This document shows positions 7,281 to 17,058 of a DNA stretch of 64,000 nt, in pieces. Position numbers and translations under genes: made by a program. Source of the DNA: Bacteroidaceae bacterium (lineage in GTDB: Bacteria > Pseudomonadota > Alphaproteobacteria > RF32 > CAG-239); assembly GCA_963641885.1 (NCBI GenBank), contig CAVIDY010000005.1:931-64930 (forward strand), read 5' to 3'. Position 1 is the stretch's first letter, and the number at the start of each line of letters is the position of its first letter. Below the pieces are notes generated by a model. It ran no database searches, was not told where the DNA came from, and saw only the letters and a list, made by a program, of their open reading frames with translations.

Positions 7281-7868
7281 ATGTCTAGATTACTTATTTT
7301 AGCTTTGGCTGTAATTGCTGTTTTCGCCGGCTTTTCAGCCTATCAAAAAGCACAGGCACAAGTTGCCGAAACAGCTGACGCTGCACCAAAGAATAATGGT
7401 AAAATCTTAATCGCTTATTATTCTTGGTCGGGTCATACCAAAAAAGTTGCCGAGGCAATTCAAAAAGAAATCGGCGGAGATTTGTTTGAAATTCAGCCGG
7501 AAACCGCATATTCCGATGACTACAAAACAGTTGTTGACCAAGCTAAAAAAGAAATTAACGAAGGTTACCGTCCGGCTTTGAAAAACAATGTCGCAAACAT
7601 TGCTCAATACGACACCGTGTTTATAGGCTCGCCAAACTGGTGGGGCACAATCGCTCCTGTGGTCAGCACTTTTGTTGAGCAAAATGATTTATCCGGCAAA
7701 ACAGTGGTTCCGTTTATCACTCATGGCAGCGGTGGCGAGCAAAACACCATTACCAATTTGGAAAAACAGTGCAAAGGCTGTTTGGTGCAAAAAAAAGGCT
7801 GGGTAGGCTATGGCTCTCGCACTTGGGGAATTTCCGGTTGGCTGGAAGAAATCGGCTTCAAAAAATAA
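7281..7868 (+). CDS. Flavodoxin-family protein with an N-terminal signal peptide
   Basis: The signal-like N-terminus is MSRLLILALAVIAVFAGFSAYQKAQA. The flavodoxin motif ILIAYYSWSGHTKKVA follows, and an AAGGAGG RBS precedes the start. Confidence 0.85.
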   Translation: MSRLLILALAVIAVFAGFSAYQKAQAQVAETADAAPKNNGKILIAYYSWSGHTKKVAEAIQKEIGGDLFEIQPETAYSDDYKTVVDQAKKEINEGYRPALKNNVANIAQYDTVFIGSPNWWGTIAPVVSTFVEQNDLSGKTVVPFITHGSGGEQNTITNLEKQCKGCLVQKKGWVGYGSRTWGISGWLEEIGFKK

Positions 7869-7883
7869 CCGATTGTAAATATT

Positions 7884-7913
7884 AAAGAGGCGGTAGTTAC
7901 ACCGCCTCTTTTG
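7884..7913. terminator. Intrinsic terminator
   Basis: AGAGGCGGT (7886-7894) pairs with ACCGCCTCT (7901-7909), followed by a T-run. Confidence 0.8.
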
Positions 7914-7934
7914 TGTTTGAGATTATCTAAATAT

Positions 7935-8912
7935 TTAGCAGATAGAATCAAACTCTTTCTTTAACGAACGGTCAAACAAGCCGCGGATAGTTTTTTCTAT
8001 GTCTGCATTTTCAAAAATAACTTTATACAAAGCCTGACAAATCGGCATATCAATATGTTCTTTATCGGCAATGGCTTTTACTGCGCGTAAAGTGTCTACG
8101 CCTTCCGCCAATTTGCCATAGCGTTCGCCTTTGGCAAACATTTCGCCAAACATACGGTTATGGCTGTTTTTAGAGAATAATGTCGCCTCATAATCGCCAA
8201 GGTGAGCCAAGCCATACGCCGATGCCGGATTTCCGCCTTTAAATTTGATTAAACGCCCAACTTCTATCGGTGCGCGCGCCATTAAAGCGCCTTTTAAACC
8301 ATACCAGCCGAGTCCGTCCAAAATACCGGCAGCGATACCGATAACATTTTTCAAGGCTGCGCCGACCTGATTGCCGATTAAATCTGTGCCGTAATAAAAA
8401 CGAATGAGGTCGCTTTGCATAAATTTAATAATACGGTCTTGAGTTTCTTCATCGTAGCTGTCAATCACTGCTGCTGACGGCACTTTGCGCATATAGTCTT
8501 CTACATGCCCCGGACCGCCTAAGGTTGCAATATGAATATTTTGTTTGATTTCTTCTTTGAAAACTTCTGCCAAAATTTTTGCCGATGGCTCTTCCAAGCC
8601 TTTCATTGCCAGTAAAAATGTTTTGCCCTCCACATTATAGCCGTTGATTTGTTTGGCTAAGCTGCGCAGGTTTTGACAGCTGATAGAGATGATAATAAAA
8701 TCATTTTTCAATGTTTCAGCCATATCAGAAGTCATTTTCATATTGTCGCTTAAAGTCAGATATTCATTTTTACGGGTTGTTTTAAGCTCTTCAAAAGACG
8801 GAGCGCCTTCCATGCCATAAAGCAGCACGCCGTCGGTATGGCAGTAGTTTGCCACATACCAAGCTAAAAATGTTCCCCAACGACCGCAGCCGATTACAGA
8901 TACTTGTGTCAT
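7935..8912 (-). CDS. gpsA: NAD(P)H-dependent glycerol-3-phosphate dehydrogenase-like protein
   Basis: The Rossmann start VSVIGCGRWGTFLAWY and the GpsA-like core (NVIGIAAGILDGLG) are present. Confidence 0.8.
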   Translation of the reverse strand: MTQVSVIGCGRWGTFLAWYVANYCHTDGVLLYGMEGAPSFEELKTTRKNEYLTLSDNMKMTSDMAETLKNDFIIISISCQNLRSLAKQINGYNVEGKTFLLAMKGLEEPSAKILAEVFKEEIKQNIHIATLGGPGHVEDYMRKVPSAAVIDSYDEETQDRIIKFMQSDLIRFYYGTDLIGNQVGAALKNVIGIAAGILDGLGWYGLKGALMARAPIEVGRLIKFKGGNPASAYGLAHLGDYEATLFSKNSHNRMFGEMFAKGERYGKLAEGVDTLRAVKAIADKEHIDMPICQALYKVIFENADIEKTIRGLFDRSLKKEFDSIC

Positions 8913-9001
8913 AATAACCTCACTTTAATTTAATCACATTCAGCATTATCAGCCAAAGCATATAAATTGGCAATCTAAACTAGCAAGAAATCAACAGCTA
9001 A

Positions 9002-9367
9002 TTATTTCAAAAAATCTTTATGTAAGCGACCGCGAACAGCTTGCACATAGTTATAGTCTCTGAAAGAATCATAAGCATGATTAAAACTGTCTGTTCCGTA
9101 AATGTAAAAAACTTTGTTGGCAATATTGCGGATAGCAGAATCAATAGTTTCAAAAGCGGCATTATAGTCGCGGTCAAAATTATTGCGTTTTTTATGCTGA
9201 ACAATGTCGTGATAGGCGGAAATAGCCTCAATGGTTTTGTTAGCAAAATCATTATTACCTTTTTCTTGAAACAAGTGCATAATCTTCATGGTTGTTTGAT
9301 AAAAACACTTGTTAACCAAAATATTTCTTTGTTTTGTGTTGTATCCGTCAACAATCATTCGCTTCAT
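9002..9367 (-). CDS. Hypothetical protein (AT-rich orphan)
   Basis: A 121-aa ORF with a GGAGAA RBS. No family was recognised, and the overlapping plus-strand ORF looks spurious. Confidence 0.5.
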   Translation of the reverse strand: MKRMIVDGYNTKQRNILVNKCFYQTTMKIMHLFQEKGNNDFANKTIEAISAYHDIVQHKKRNNFDRDYNAAFETIDSAIRNIANKVFYIYGTDSFNHAYDSFRDYNYVQAVRGRLHKDFLK

Positions 9368-9400
9368 TTCTCCGCAAATACGAAAAGTAATATAGCAAAG

Positions 9401-9430
9401 TATAAGGGGCTTTGCAAGCCCCTTATAAAA
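9401..9430. terminator. Intrinsic terminator downstream of mlaC
   Basis: The palindrome TATAAGGGGCTTTGCAAGCCCCTTATA forms the stem. Confidence 0.75.
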
Positions 9431-10021
9431 TTATTTTAAACGCGCACGTAAATCTTTGATTAAACCATCAATTCCGGTCGGCGATTTCTTTATATACGCA
9501 GTATATTCACTGCGTGCGGTCTGCGCCAAACTAACGTTTTCTATAATAATGTCAACAATGCGCAAACGTCCGTTTGTTTCTTTAACCCGCCATTTTACCG
9601 ATGCCGGCGCGCCTTCTTCCATCGGCACTTGAGTATTTACAAAAATTTGGTCGGCAGATTTTGAATTTTCTGTACCCAAAAACTCAAAGTGCTTGCCTTT
9701 AAATTCATTGAAACGTTCCGACCAAGTTTGAATATTAAGTTTGCGATAAACATCAATAAAATCAGTGCGTTGCTGAGGAGTAGAAGTTTTCCAATAGCGC
9801 CCCAAAACAAACTTGCCGATAAAATCCAAATCCAAATCTTCATTAAAAAGCTTGGTGAAACGAGCCTTTTTTTCTGCTTCCGAAACATTGGAATTTATCA
9901 ATTCTTCAATACCTTGCTGTGTCGTCTTTTTTATAAAATCTTCGGCAGCTGCGCCATTGACGGCGGCATTAGCCTGAGAGCAAAACAAAGTTAAAAATAA
10001 AAAAGCAAAAAGTTTTTTCAT
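9431..10021 (-). CDS. mlaC: Phospholipid-binding periplasmic protein MlaC (Ttg2D family)
   Basis: A signal peptide is present, and FIGKFVLGRYWKTSTPQQRTDF is typical of the MlaC/Ttg2D family. The gene is adjacent to mlaA. Confidence 0.85.
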   Translation of the reverse strand: MKKLFAFLFLTLFCSQANAAVNGAAAEDFIKKTTQQGIEELINSNVSEAEKKARFTKLFNEDLDLDFIGKFVLGRYWKTSTPQQRTDFIDVYRKLNIQTWSERFNEFKGKHFEFLGTENSKSADQIFVNTQVPMEEGAPASVKWRVKETNGRLRIVDIIIENVSLAQTARSEYTAYIKKSPTGIDGLIKDLRARLK

Positions 10022-10041
10022 TAGTCCGATTCCTTTTTTAA

Positions 10042-10809
10042 TTATTCATCATCTTCATCAAAGTCAAAATCATAGCTGGCAGCTGAATTTTCGGTATCCG
10101 AGTTTTGGCAAGCGCCGATTTTCAGACGGTTTTGCACATATGCGGATTTTACCATGCTGTATGGGTCAACAGCGTTGGCGGTTAAGTTGTCCACCAGCTC
10201 CAAATTTTCTTCACGCACGCTGACAAAGCCCAAAGCGGTTAAGCCGTAAATAAAGCTGTAGCGTTTCCAGTCTTGCCCGAAATTGATATATTGGTTAGAC
10301 CAATAGAGCGGGTCGGCGACGGCATCGGCAGCCATACCTGTTGCAGCTCGAGGAGTGCTTGGACCCAGCAGCGGCAATACCACAAACGGACCATCAGGCA
10401 CGCACCAAGTGGCTAAAGTTTTATCAAATCCGGTTTTATTTGCTGGCAGATTCCAGCCCGATGCCACATCAAACATTCCAAGCAAGCCCAATGTGCTGTT
10501 TACGGTAAAACGTCCTAATGATTTGCCGGAATCTGCAAAGTTTCCCTGCAGTGAATGATTTATGGTTGTAGCTGGTTCTCGGAGATTGCTGAAAAAGTTG
10601 CTGACGCGTTCGCGTACAAATTTTGTGGTTATGGCGCGATAGCCTTTTGCCAGCGGTTTCAGCACATAATCGTCAACTTTCATATTGAAATTAAACATAG
10701 CGCGGTTATAAGTTTCCATAGCGCTGTCGTCTTCATCAGCATAAACCGATGAACAGCATAACAGAACAGCGCCAGCGGTTAATACCGTAATTTTTTTTGA
10801 ATAAAGCAT
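10042..10809 (-). CDS. mlaA: Outer-membrane lipoprotein MlaA/VacJ
   Basis: NRAMFNFNMKVDDYVLKPLAKGYR...NSTLGLLGMFDVAS are VacJ motifs. The start is trimmed to ATG 10809 (MLYSKKITVLTAG...), behind AAAGGGGA. Confidence 0.9.
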   Translation of the reverse strand: MLYSKKITVLTAGAVLLCCSSVYADEDDSAMETYNRAMFNFNMKVDDYVLKPLAKGYRAITTKFVRERVSNFFSNLREPATTINHSLQGNFADSGKSLGRFTVNSTLGLLGMFDVASGWNLPANKTGFDKTLATWCVPDGPFVVLPLLGPSTPRAATGMAADAVADPLYWSNQYINFGQDWKRYSFIYGLTALGFVSVREENLELVDNLTANAVDPYSMVKSAYVQNRLKIGACQNSDTENSAASYDFDFDEDDE

Positions 10810-10940
10810 TTTATCCCCTTTAATTTTCGCTTTAATATATAGGCAGAAGCATTGAAAATCAAGGAAAAAATTAGATTTATCATCGCAAAAGCAAAGTAAA
10901 GGCAAAAATTGCGGATATACATTATAAATACATAAAGCAG

Positions 10941-10979
10941 CAAAAAACACCGAGGACTAAAAAGTCGGCGGTGTTTTTG
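10941..10979 (-). terminator. Intrinsic terminator of the 309-aa gene
   Basis: Hairpin 10947-10974 has an internal loop and is flanked by A and T runs. Confidence 0.65.
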
Positions 10980-10980
10980 T

Positions 10981-11910
10981 TTAGAGAGACTCTAAAAGCG
11001 GATTGTCGGTTATTTTTGCATAATCATACATCGGTTTTGAGTCTGTAGCTTTAGGACTGAACTTTTGCGCCGTCTGCGTAAAAATTTGATTTTTACGGTG
11101 TAAGAGTTCAACACATTTTTGCAGGTTGATTTTTTGTTTACGGCGCTTTGCCAAAAACTCAAGCGTTTTCAAGAACAAATCAACAGGTTTCATGAGCGTA
11201 AAATTCGCCGGAATATCCTCCAAAATGCGGGAAAACGAGATTTCACGTTCTTTTATTAGCACAATGGTTTCGTCCAATCCTTGAACCACGCTGGTCAGAA
11301 TGCGGCGGGTTTTGTTATAGGCAGCCTCGTTAGAAGCGTTGCGCGGCAGTTCGTCAAAAAGCGATGAAGTATATTCATCAAGAGTTTTCGACTTCAGCTT
11401 ATCGTCAAACAAATAAGCGTCATAGCCTTGCTTGCGTGCCTCGTCTAAATCAGCAATTTCCGGCTGGACAGAGTCAATATCAACAGCCAGACACACTGGC
11501 AGCATCAACGGCAGTTTGTCGCGGTAAAAATGCAGCAGAGTGGCAAACGCATTCAATGGCTTGTCCGGCTTTGTCAACGCGGCGCAGTCCCAGTCAATGT
11601 AGGTTTGCAGCAGTTGCTTTACCTTATATTGCGGGTATTCTACGTGGTGCGGCTGGTGTTTGCGGTGAAATGATTGAATTTGCTGTTCATTCAGCCATGG
11701 CGGCAAATACAAAACCAATTTGTCGCAGTCGTGAAACCAGCCTCCGAGCGAATATCTGCCGGTGAGTTCATGTTCACGCTCCAAAAAAGCCAGCTTATGC
11801 TCCAGTGTATAGGCAATGGCAGGAATCCTCCAATGACCATCAGCTTTCCATTGGCTGCTGACTTTGCTCAAAATCCGTCGTAAAGGATTGTTTAAAAAGT
11901 TTATAGCCAT
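10981..11910 (-). CDS. Hypothetical protein with an N-terminal His-rich HD..HH motif region
   Basis: A 309-aa ORF. The segment GGWFHDCDKLVLYLPPW...FHRKHQPHHVEY resembles small HD-like/DUF5662-type metal-binding modules from memory. The C-terminal half is unassigned. Confidence 0.6.
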   Translation of the reverse strand: MAINFLNNPLRRILSKVSSQWKADGHWRIPAIAYTLEHKLAFLEREHELTGRYSLGGWFHDCDKLVLYLPPWLNEQQIQSFHRKHQPHHVEYPQYKVKQLLQTYIDWDCAALTKPDKPLNAFATLLHFYRDKLPLMLPVCLAVDIDSVQPEIADLDEARKQGYDAYLFDDKLKSKTLDEYTSSLFDELPRNASNEAAYNKTRRILTSVVQGLDETIVLIKEREISFSRILEDIPANFTLMKPVDLFLKTLEFLAKRRKQKINLQKCVELLHRKNQIFTQTAQKFSPKATDSKPMYDYAKITDNPLLESL

Positions 11911-12017
11911 AATAATAAAAATTAAAAATTACAGATTATTTGCAGTGTATAATATATTTATAAAAAGTCAACGATTTTGTCTAAGTGGAGCCGTGTTGAA
12001 TAACCGGATAAGAGATA

Positions 12018-12046
12018 TTGACAATGCTGTCATTCTTATATATCTT
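12018..12046 (+). promoter_or_regulatory. Sigma70-type promoter of dinB
   Basis: TTGACA (12018-12023), a 17-nt spacer, then TATCTT (12041-12046). Confidence 0.55.
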
Positions 12047-12047
12047 A

Positions 12048-12062
12048 GAACAAAAATAGAAC
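12048..12062 (+). promoter_or_regulatory. Alphaproteobacterial-type LexA (SOS) box
   Basis: GAACaaaaataGAAC fits GAAC-N7-GAAC. It lies immediately downstream of the -10 element and 13 nt upstream of the dinB ATG. Confidence 0.7.
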
Positions 12063-12074
12063 AGTGAGGCAAAT

Positions 12075-13226
12075 ATGTCTACAATAGCTTTGGTGGATTG
12101 TGATAGCTTTTTTGTTTCGTGCGAGCAAGCGGATAACGTAAGTCTGCGTGGCAAAGCCGTGTGCGTTGTTTCGGGCGGCAACGGCTGCGTGGTTTCGCGT
12201 TCGCGGGAGGCAAAGCAAGTCGGCGTTAAAATGGGACAGCCGTGTTTTATGGCAAAAAAAGAATTTCCGAATGTTATTTACATTAACGGAAGACATGAAC
12301 GTTATGAGGAATATTCCGCTAAAGTGATGGCTTGCCTCAAAAATTTTACGCCAGATGTTGAAGTTTGTTCCATTGACGAAGCGTATATGAATCTGCACGG
12401 CTTGGATAAGCTTTATAAAAAAGATTTTGCTTCACTTGCGGCGGCTATCCGCCAGTCCGTTTGGCAAAACTGCCAAATTCCAGTGTCAATCGGTATCAGC
12501 TCTTCTAAGTTATTAGCCAAACTAGCCAGCGACAAAGCCAAAAACAACGGCGGTGTTTGCTTGATAGAGCAAGGAGATATACAAAAAGTTCTAAGCGAAA
12601 CGCAGTTGGAAGATGTCTGCGGATTTGGGCGTCAGCATACGGCAAAAATGAAAATGTCGGGCATTTTTAACTGCCGAGAGTTTGTGGAGCAAACAGATAG
12701 TTGGGTGCGTAAAAATTTAGGAATTAACGGACTCAATTTGAAATATGAATTGCAGGGTTTTACGGTGAATAAACTGGAAACCTCTCACGGCTTGCCTAAG
12801 TCCATACAAAATACTTCTGCACTTAGTAAATTTACTTCAGATATAGATGTTTTGCGTTCGTCGTTAAAGTATCATGTGCATGCCTCCGGTAAAAAATTGC
12901 GTGAGTATAATTGCTTTTGCAAAAGCGTAGGGGTGATGCTGCGTACTAAAGATTTTAGAGCTTACAGCGAATATGTGAAACTACCGCAGCCAACTAACGG
13001 CGAGCGAGAGATTTTTATGGCGGCGCAGAGTCTTTTGCCGAAAATATATTTGCCGGACACGCTCTATCGCAGTACCGGCGTAATGTTGGAAAATTTGCAG
13101 AGCGATAAGGATTTTCAGCCGTTGCTATTTGCCGAACCAGAATATAAAGATGACAAAATAAGCCGTGTTTTAGATGAGCTGGAGCAAAAGTTTGGCAAAG
13201 ACGTGGTAAAAAACGGACTGTTTTGA
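12075..13226 (+). CDS. dinB: DNA polymerase IV (Y-family)
   Basis: IALVDCDSFFVSCEQ, SIDEAYMNL and the overall Y-family layout support the call. Confidence 0.9.
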   Translation: MSTIALVDCDSFFVSCEQADNVSLRGKAVCVVSGGNGCVVSRSREAKQVGVKMGQPCFMAKKEFPNVIYINGRHERYEEYSAKVMACLKNFTPDVEVCSIDEAYMNLHGLDKLYKKDFASLAAAIRQSVWQNCQIPVSIGISSSKLLAKLASDKAKNNGGVCLIEQGDIQKVLSETQLEDVCGFGRQHTAKMKMSGIFNCREFVEQTDSWVRKNLGINGLNLKYELQGFTVNKLETSHGLPKSIQNTSALSKFTSDIDVLRSSLKYHVHASGKKLREYNCFCKSVGVMLRTKDFRAYSEYVKLPQPTNGEREIFMAAQSLLPKIYLPDTLYRSTGVMLENLQSDKDFQPLLFAEPEYKDDKISRVLDELEQKFGKDVVKNGLF

Positions 13227-13350
13227 AAATCCGGCTAGCTGAATATAAAGAGATTAAAGACAGCCATGTCTTTTAGCCTTTACTTTACATATTTAATTTG
13301 TTAAATCTTTTAACAGAAAATATTAACGTGTTAATTGAAGGCGGTTTTAT

Positions 13351-14163
13351 ATGTCGGACAGCGGATTTATAAATTTGGAAAATGATAAGGCAAAATGCAA
13401 ATTGGCGCTGTGGGGTGCAGATTTGCTGTCATATCAGCCTAAAGGCGAAGAAAATGATGTTTTTTGGCTGGGAAATTTGAATAAGTTTGACCATATTCAA
13501 GCTATCCGCGGCGGTGTGCCCGTTTGTTGGCTGCGTTTTGCGGCGGAAAAATTGAATGATAATCTGCCGCGCCACGGTTTTGCCCGTATTTCGGATTGGC
13601 AAGTACAAAACATTGTTTCCACTGCTCAAAAATCGGAAATTGAATTGTTTTTACAGCCTGATGCCAAGTACAATCTGCCAGTAGACGCCAAGCTTTTTAT
13701 TAAAGTTTCAGATAAACTGGAGTATGTTTTAGAAACCACAAACAACGGCGCTGCAGAGTTTGCGTTCAGTGAAGCTCTGCATTGCTATTTTAAGGTTAGT
13801 TCGCTTGGAAATGTTGTAATAAAAGGTTTGAAAGGGCATAAATATAAAAGCTCTTTAGACGGTAAAATTTATGAGCTCGCCGAAGATTTGCAGATTGACG
13901 GCGAATTTGACGCGGCGTTTCATAATCATTCCGGCAATATCGAAATTGTTGACGGTGGCTATAAACGGAAAATCTGCATTGAAAAACAAGGCTCAAATTC
14001 TACTGTGGTGTGGAATCCGGCTAAAGATTTAGCTGAAATGTCGGCAGGGCAGTATAAACAATTTGTTTGTGTCGAGCCTGCAAATCAGGGAGATTGCTAT
14101 ATACGCTTGAAACCGCACGAAAAGCACCGCATAGCCATGGCTATACATGTTGAACATTTGTGA
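13351..14163 (+). CDS. D-hexose-6-phosphate mutarotase (aldose 1-epimerase family, YeaD-like)
   Basis: IRGGVPVCW...PRHGFARISDW and the C-terminal FVCVEP motif are present. Confidence 0.8.
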   Translation: MSDSGFINLENDKAKCKLALWGADLLSYQPKGEENDVFWLGNLNKFDHIQAIRGGVPVCWLRFAAEKLNDNLPRHGFARISDWQVQNIVSTAQKSEIELFLQPDAKYNLPVDAKLFIKVSDKLEYVLETTNNGAAEFAFSEALHCYFKVSSLGNVVIKGLKGHKYKSSLDGKIYELAEDLQIDGEFDAAFHNHSGNIEIVDGGYKRKICIEKQGSNSTVVWNPAKDLAEMSAGQYKQFVCVEPANQGDCYIRLKPHEKHRIAMAIHVEHL

Positions 14164-14204
14164 GGATTTGCCATAAAAACGCCGGTCAGTGCCAGTTTTT
14201 TATT

Positions 14205-15515
14205 TTATATTTTCAACAAAATCGGATCATGTACCGGCGGCTGTTTGTCGCGTATTTCAATGGCGGCAAGCAAATCTGCTTGCGCTTGTGCAAATTCACT
14301 TTCATCATTATAGTGCACAACGGCAAGCGGGGTGCGTCCGGCTTCTGCTAAGTCTCCGATTTGCGCAAATTCGGTGTAGCCCGTGCTTAAATCCAGTTTT
14401 TGCCCAGGGACAGTGCGTCCGCCATGCAGTTTTATTATGCTGACGCCGATAGCGCGGGTGTCCATTGCGCAAACATAGCCGTTGGTTGCAGCATATATCG
14501 GTTTTTGATATTTTGCTTTAGGCAGCATAGTTTCATATTTTTCAACAAAAGATTTTGAGCCTCCGAGAGCTGCTACCATTTCTCCGAATTTTTCCAGCGC
14601 CGCGCCTGATTTATGTACTTTTTCCAGCAATTCCAAAGCTTCATTCAAAGTACGGCAGCGCCCGCATTGCAACAGCAATTCTGCACCAAGTTCTTTGGTG
14701 ACGGCGTCTAGGCGCTTGTTAACATTTTGATTTTTTAAATAGTCGACGGCTTCTTTAATTTCCACGGCATTGCCTGCAGACCAGCCCAAAACCTGATTCA
14801 TATCGGTTAAAACGGCTCGGGTTTGCGTGCCGGCGTGGTTTGCCACATCAACAATAGATTGAGCCAACGTTTTAGCGTCTTCAAAATTACCCATAAACGC
14901 ACCATTGCCGCATTTTAAATCCATAACCAAATATTGCAGACCAGCGGCAAGTTTTTTAGAAAGAATGGATGCGGTAATCAACGGAATAGATTCGACAGTG
15001 CTGCAAACATCGCGGATAGCGTAGATTTTTTTATCTGCCGGAGCAAGATTCGCGGTTTGTCCGATAATAGCACACCCAACTTTCTTTACGGTTTTTTTGA
15101 ACAAATCTATAGAGGCTTGGGTGTTGTAGCCGGAAATGGCTTCCAGCTTGTCAATGGTTCCGCCCGTATGTCCCAAACCGCGACCGGCAATCATCGGCAC
15201 ATAAACATCGCAGGCAGCAAGCAACGGAGCCAGCATCAGGCTGACTTTGTCGCCGACGCCGCCGCTGGAGTGCTTGTCCACAATCGGCTTGTCAAATCCT
15301 TCCCAGTCTAAAACATCGCCGGAATCACGCATAGCCAGTGTTAAAGCCGCGGTTTCAGCAGCGTTAAATCCGTTTAAAAACACAGCCATAGTCAATGCCG
15401 CAACCTGAATATCTGCAACTTCTCCGGTTGCCATTCCTTTGATAAAACAGTTGATTTCTTCAGTGCTTAAAGTTTCGCGATTGCGTTTACGGCGTATAAT
15501 TTCTTGAGGTATCAT
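14205..15515 (-). CDS. deoA: Thymidine / pyrimidine-nucleoside phosphorylase
   Basis: IIRRKRNRETLSTEEINCFIKG..., DKHSSGGVGDKVSLMLAPLLAA and MIAGRGLGHTGGTIDKLE motifs are present. Confidence 0.95.
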   Translation of the reverse strand: MIPQEIIRRKRNRETLSTEEINCFIKGMATGEVADIQVAALTMAVFLNGFNAAETAALTLAMRDSGDVLDWEGFDKPIVDKHSSGGVGDKVSLMLAPLLAACDVYVPMIAGRGLGHTGGTIDKLEAISGYNTQASIDLFKKTVKKVGCAIIGQTANLAPADKKIYAIRDVCSTVESIPLITASILSKKLAAGLQYLVMDLKCGNGAFMGNFEDAKTLAQSIVDVANHAGTQTRAVLTDMNQVLGWSAGNAVEIKEAVDYLKNQNVNKRLDAVTKELGAELLLQCGRCRTLNEALELLEKVHKSGAALEKFGEMVAALGGSKSFVEKYETMLPKAKYQKPIYAATNGYVCAMDTRAIGVSIIKLHGGRTVPGQKLDLSTGYTEFAQIGDLAEAGRTPLAVVHYNDESEFAQAQADLLAAIEIRDKQPPVHDPILLKI

Positions 15516-15525
15516 AGCAATCTCC

Positions 15526-16323
15526 TTAATATTGTGCTAAATAGTTTTTGATGAGAATTTCTAATTTTTTAGAAGATTTTTCGACTTGCGCCAGCACATC
15601 TTGATGATTTTGCACTTCAGATGTCAATCCTGTGCCTAAGTTGGAAATAACTGAAAAAGCTAAAACTTTTATGCCTTTATGCACTGCGGAAATAACTTCC
15701 GGCACGGTGGACATTCCAACGGCGTCAGCTCCAAACATTCGAAACAGTTTGACTTCGCTCGGTGTTTCATAATTTGGTCCCATAGCAAATAAATATACTC
15801 CTTCAAATAGTTGAATATCCAAAGTTTTTGCCAAATTTTTTACAATGTTGCGGGTATTGGCATCATAAGCGTTGCTCATATCTGGAAAATACGGATCATC
15901 GTGCGGACCAATCAGTGGATTGCGGGCGCTGAAATTGATGTGGTCTTTAATCAGCATAAGGCTTCCTGCTGGCATATTGACATCCAGAGATCCGGCAGCG
16001 TTGGTGATAATCAGCTGCTTTACGCCCAAAGCTGCCAGCAAGCCGATAACCTCGGCAATCAGCTGTGGGGCTATTCCTTCGTATAAATGAAAGCGACCTT
16101 CCATACAAATTACCTTGTGCGAGCCGATTTTACCAGCGGCAAAACGTCCTTTATGTCCGGCAACCGTGGTTTGCGGAAAATCAGGAATATCGGCATAGTT
16201 AATATAAATTGGATTTTCGACTGCTTGGCTAACGCCGTCTAAGCCGGAGCCTAAAATCAGCGCCGTGTCGGGGCTAAAGCCGTTTAAGCATTGTTTGATG
16301 TAGTTAAGCGAGTTATTCAGCAT
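15526..16323 (-). CDS. punA: Purine nucleoside phosphorylase (trimeric PNP family)
   Basis: ALILGSGLDG..., TVAGHKGRF..GKIG...ICMEGRFHLYEG and GMSTVPEVI motifs are present. Confidence 0.9.
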   Translation of the reverse strand: MLNNSLNYIKQCLNGFSPDTALILGSGLDGVSQAVENPIYINYADIPDFPQTTVAGHKGRFAAGKIGSHKVICMEGRFHLYEGIAPQLIAEVIGLLAALGVKQLIITNAAGSLDVNMPAGSLMLIKDHINFSARNPLIGPHDDPYFPDMSNAYDANTRNIVKNLAKTLDIQLFEGVYLFAMGPNYETPSEVKLFRMFGADAVGMSTVPEVISAVHKGIKVLAFSVISNLGTGLTSEVQNHQDVLAQVEKSSKKLEILIKNYLAQY

Positions 16324-16717
16324 TTTTCATATCTCCGGCTTTAAAAAATTTCGGTAAAAGTTCATACAAGCGGAATAAGGTGATTTTTCCATTTAAATCT
16401 GCGCTTAAAACCATTGTGTTTTCATCGCCGAATTCTAAAATTTTTTGCATACAGTTTCCGCAAGGCAAGATTTGCGCGGTGTCCGCCACAATTAAAATTT
16501 GGCTTATGGCTGTTTCACCACCAGCGATCATTGCCGATATAGCTCCGGCTTCGGCGCAGGTTCCGCAAGGATATGAGGCATTTTCCACATTGCAGCCGCC
16601 AAAAAGTTTCCCGCTTTTGCTTAAAATTGCCGCGCCGACCTTAAAATGCGAATAAGGAGTATAAGCATTGAGTCGGCATTTTAACGCCAATTCAAACAAT
16701 TTTTTTGTATTTTCCAT
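16313..16717 (-). CDS. cdd: Cytidine deaminase
   Basis: The zinc motifs are CAEAGAI and PCGNCMQ. The start is trimmed to ATG 16717 (MENTKKLFELA), and the 3' end overlaps the punA start. Confidence 0.9.
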   Translation of the reverse strand: MENTKKLFELALKCRLNAYTPYSHFKVGAAILSKSGKLFGGCNVENASYPCGTCAEAGAISAMIAGGETAISQILIVADTAQILPCGNCMQKILEFGDENTMVLSADLNGKITLFRLYELLPKFFKAGDMKNAE

Positions 16718-17058
16718 AGTTTTACCCCGTTTGTGAAAAAAATATTGATTTATTGTAGGGATAAGATACACTAAAAGTCAAGTTTATCTTTTTATCCGGT
16801 GGGAGAAAAACGGTGGTTAAGAAAATAATTTTGATATTTTTAGGAATTGTGATAGCGGCTGTCGGCGGCTTGTTTGCTTATATATCTATGGTGGATTGGA
16901 ATACTCACCGTCAGGATATTGCTGATAAATTTTCAGAAATAACTGGTAAAAAAATTGAATTTTCCGGTCCTATCAGCGTAAAGCTTTTTCCGCAGCCGAC
17001 CTTGAGTGCTAAAAATGTTAAAATTATCAATCCTAACCGCTCGACCGAAGTTTTGGCG

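Noticed and set aside
10810-10950. The N-terminal 47-aa extension of mlaA in the ORF track, and similar extensions of cdd, glyQS, gyrA, the HAD gene and the 49037 gene.
   Set aside because: In each case an internal ATG or GTG with a good Shine-Dalgarno sequence begins the conserved sequence or signal peptide. The upstream parts run through promoter or terminator sequence.
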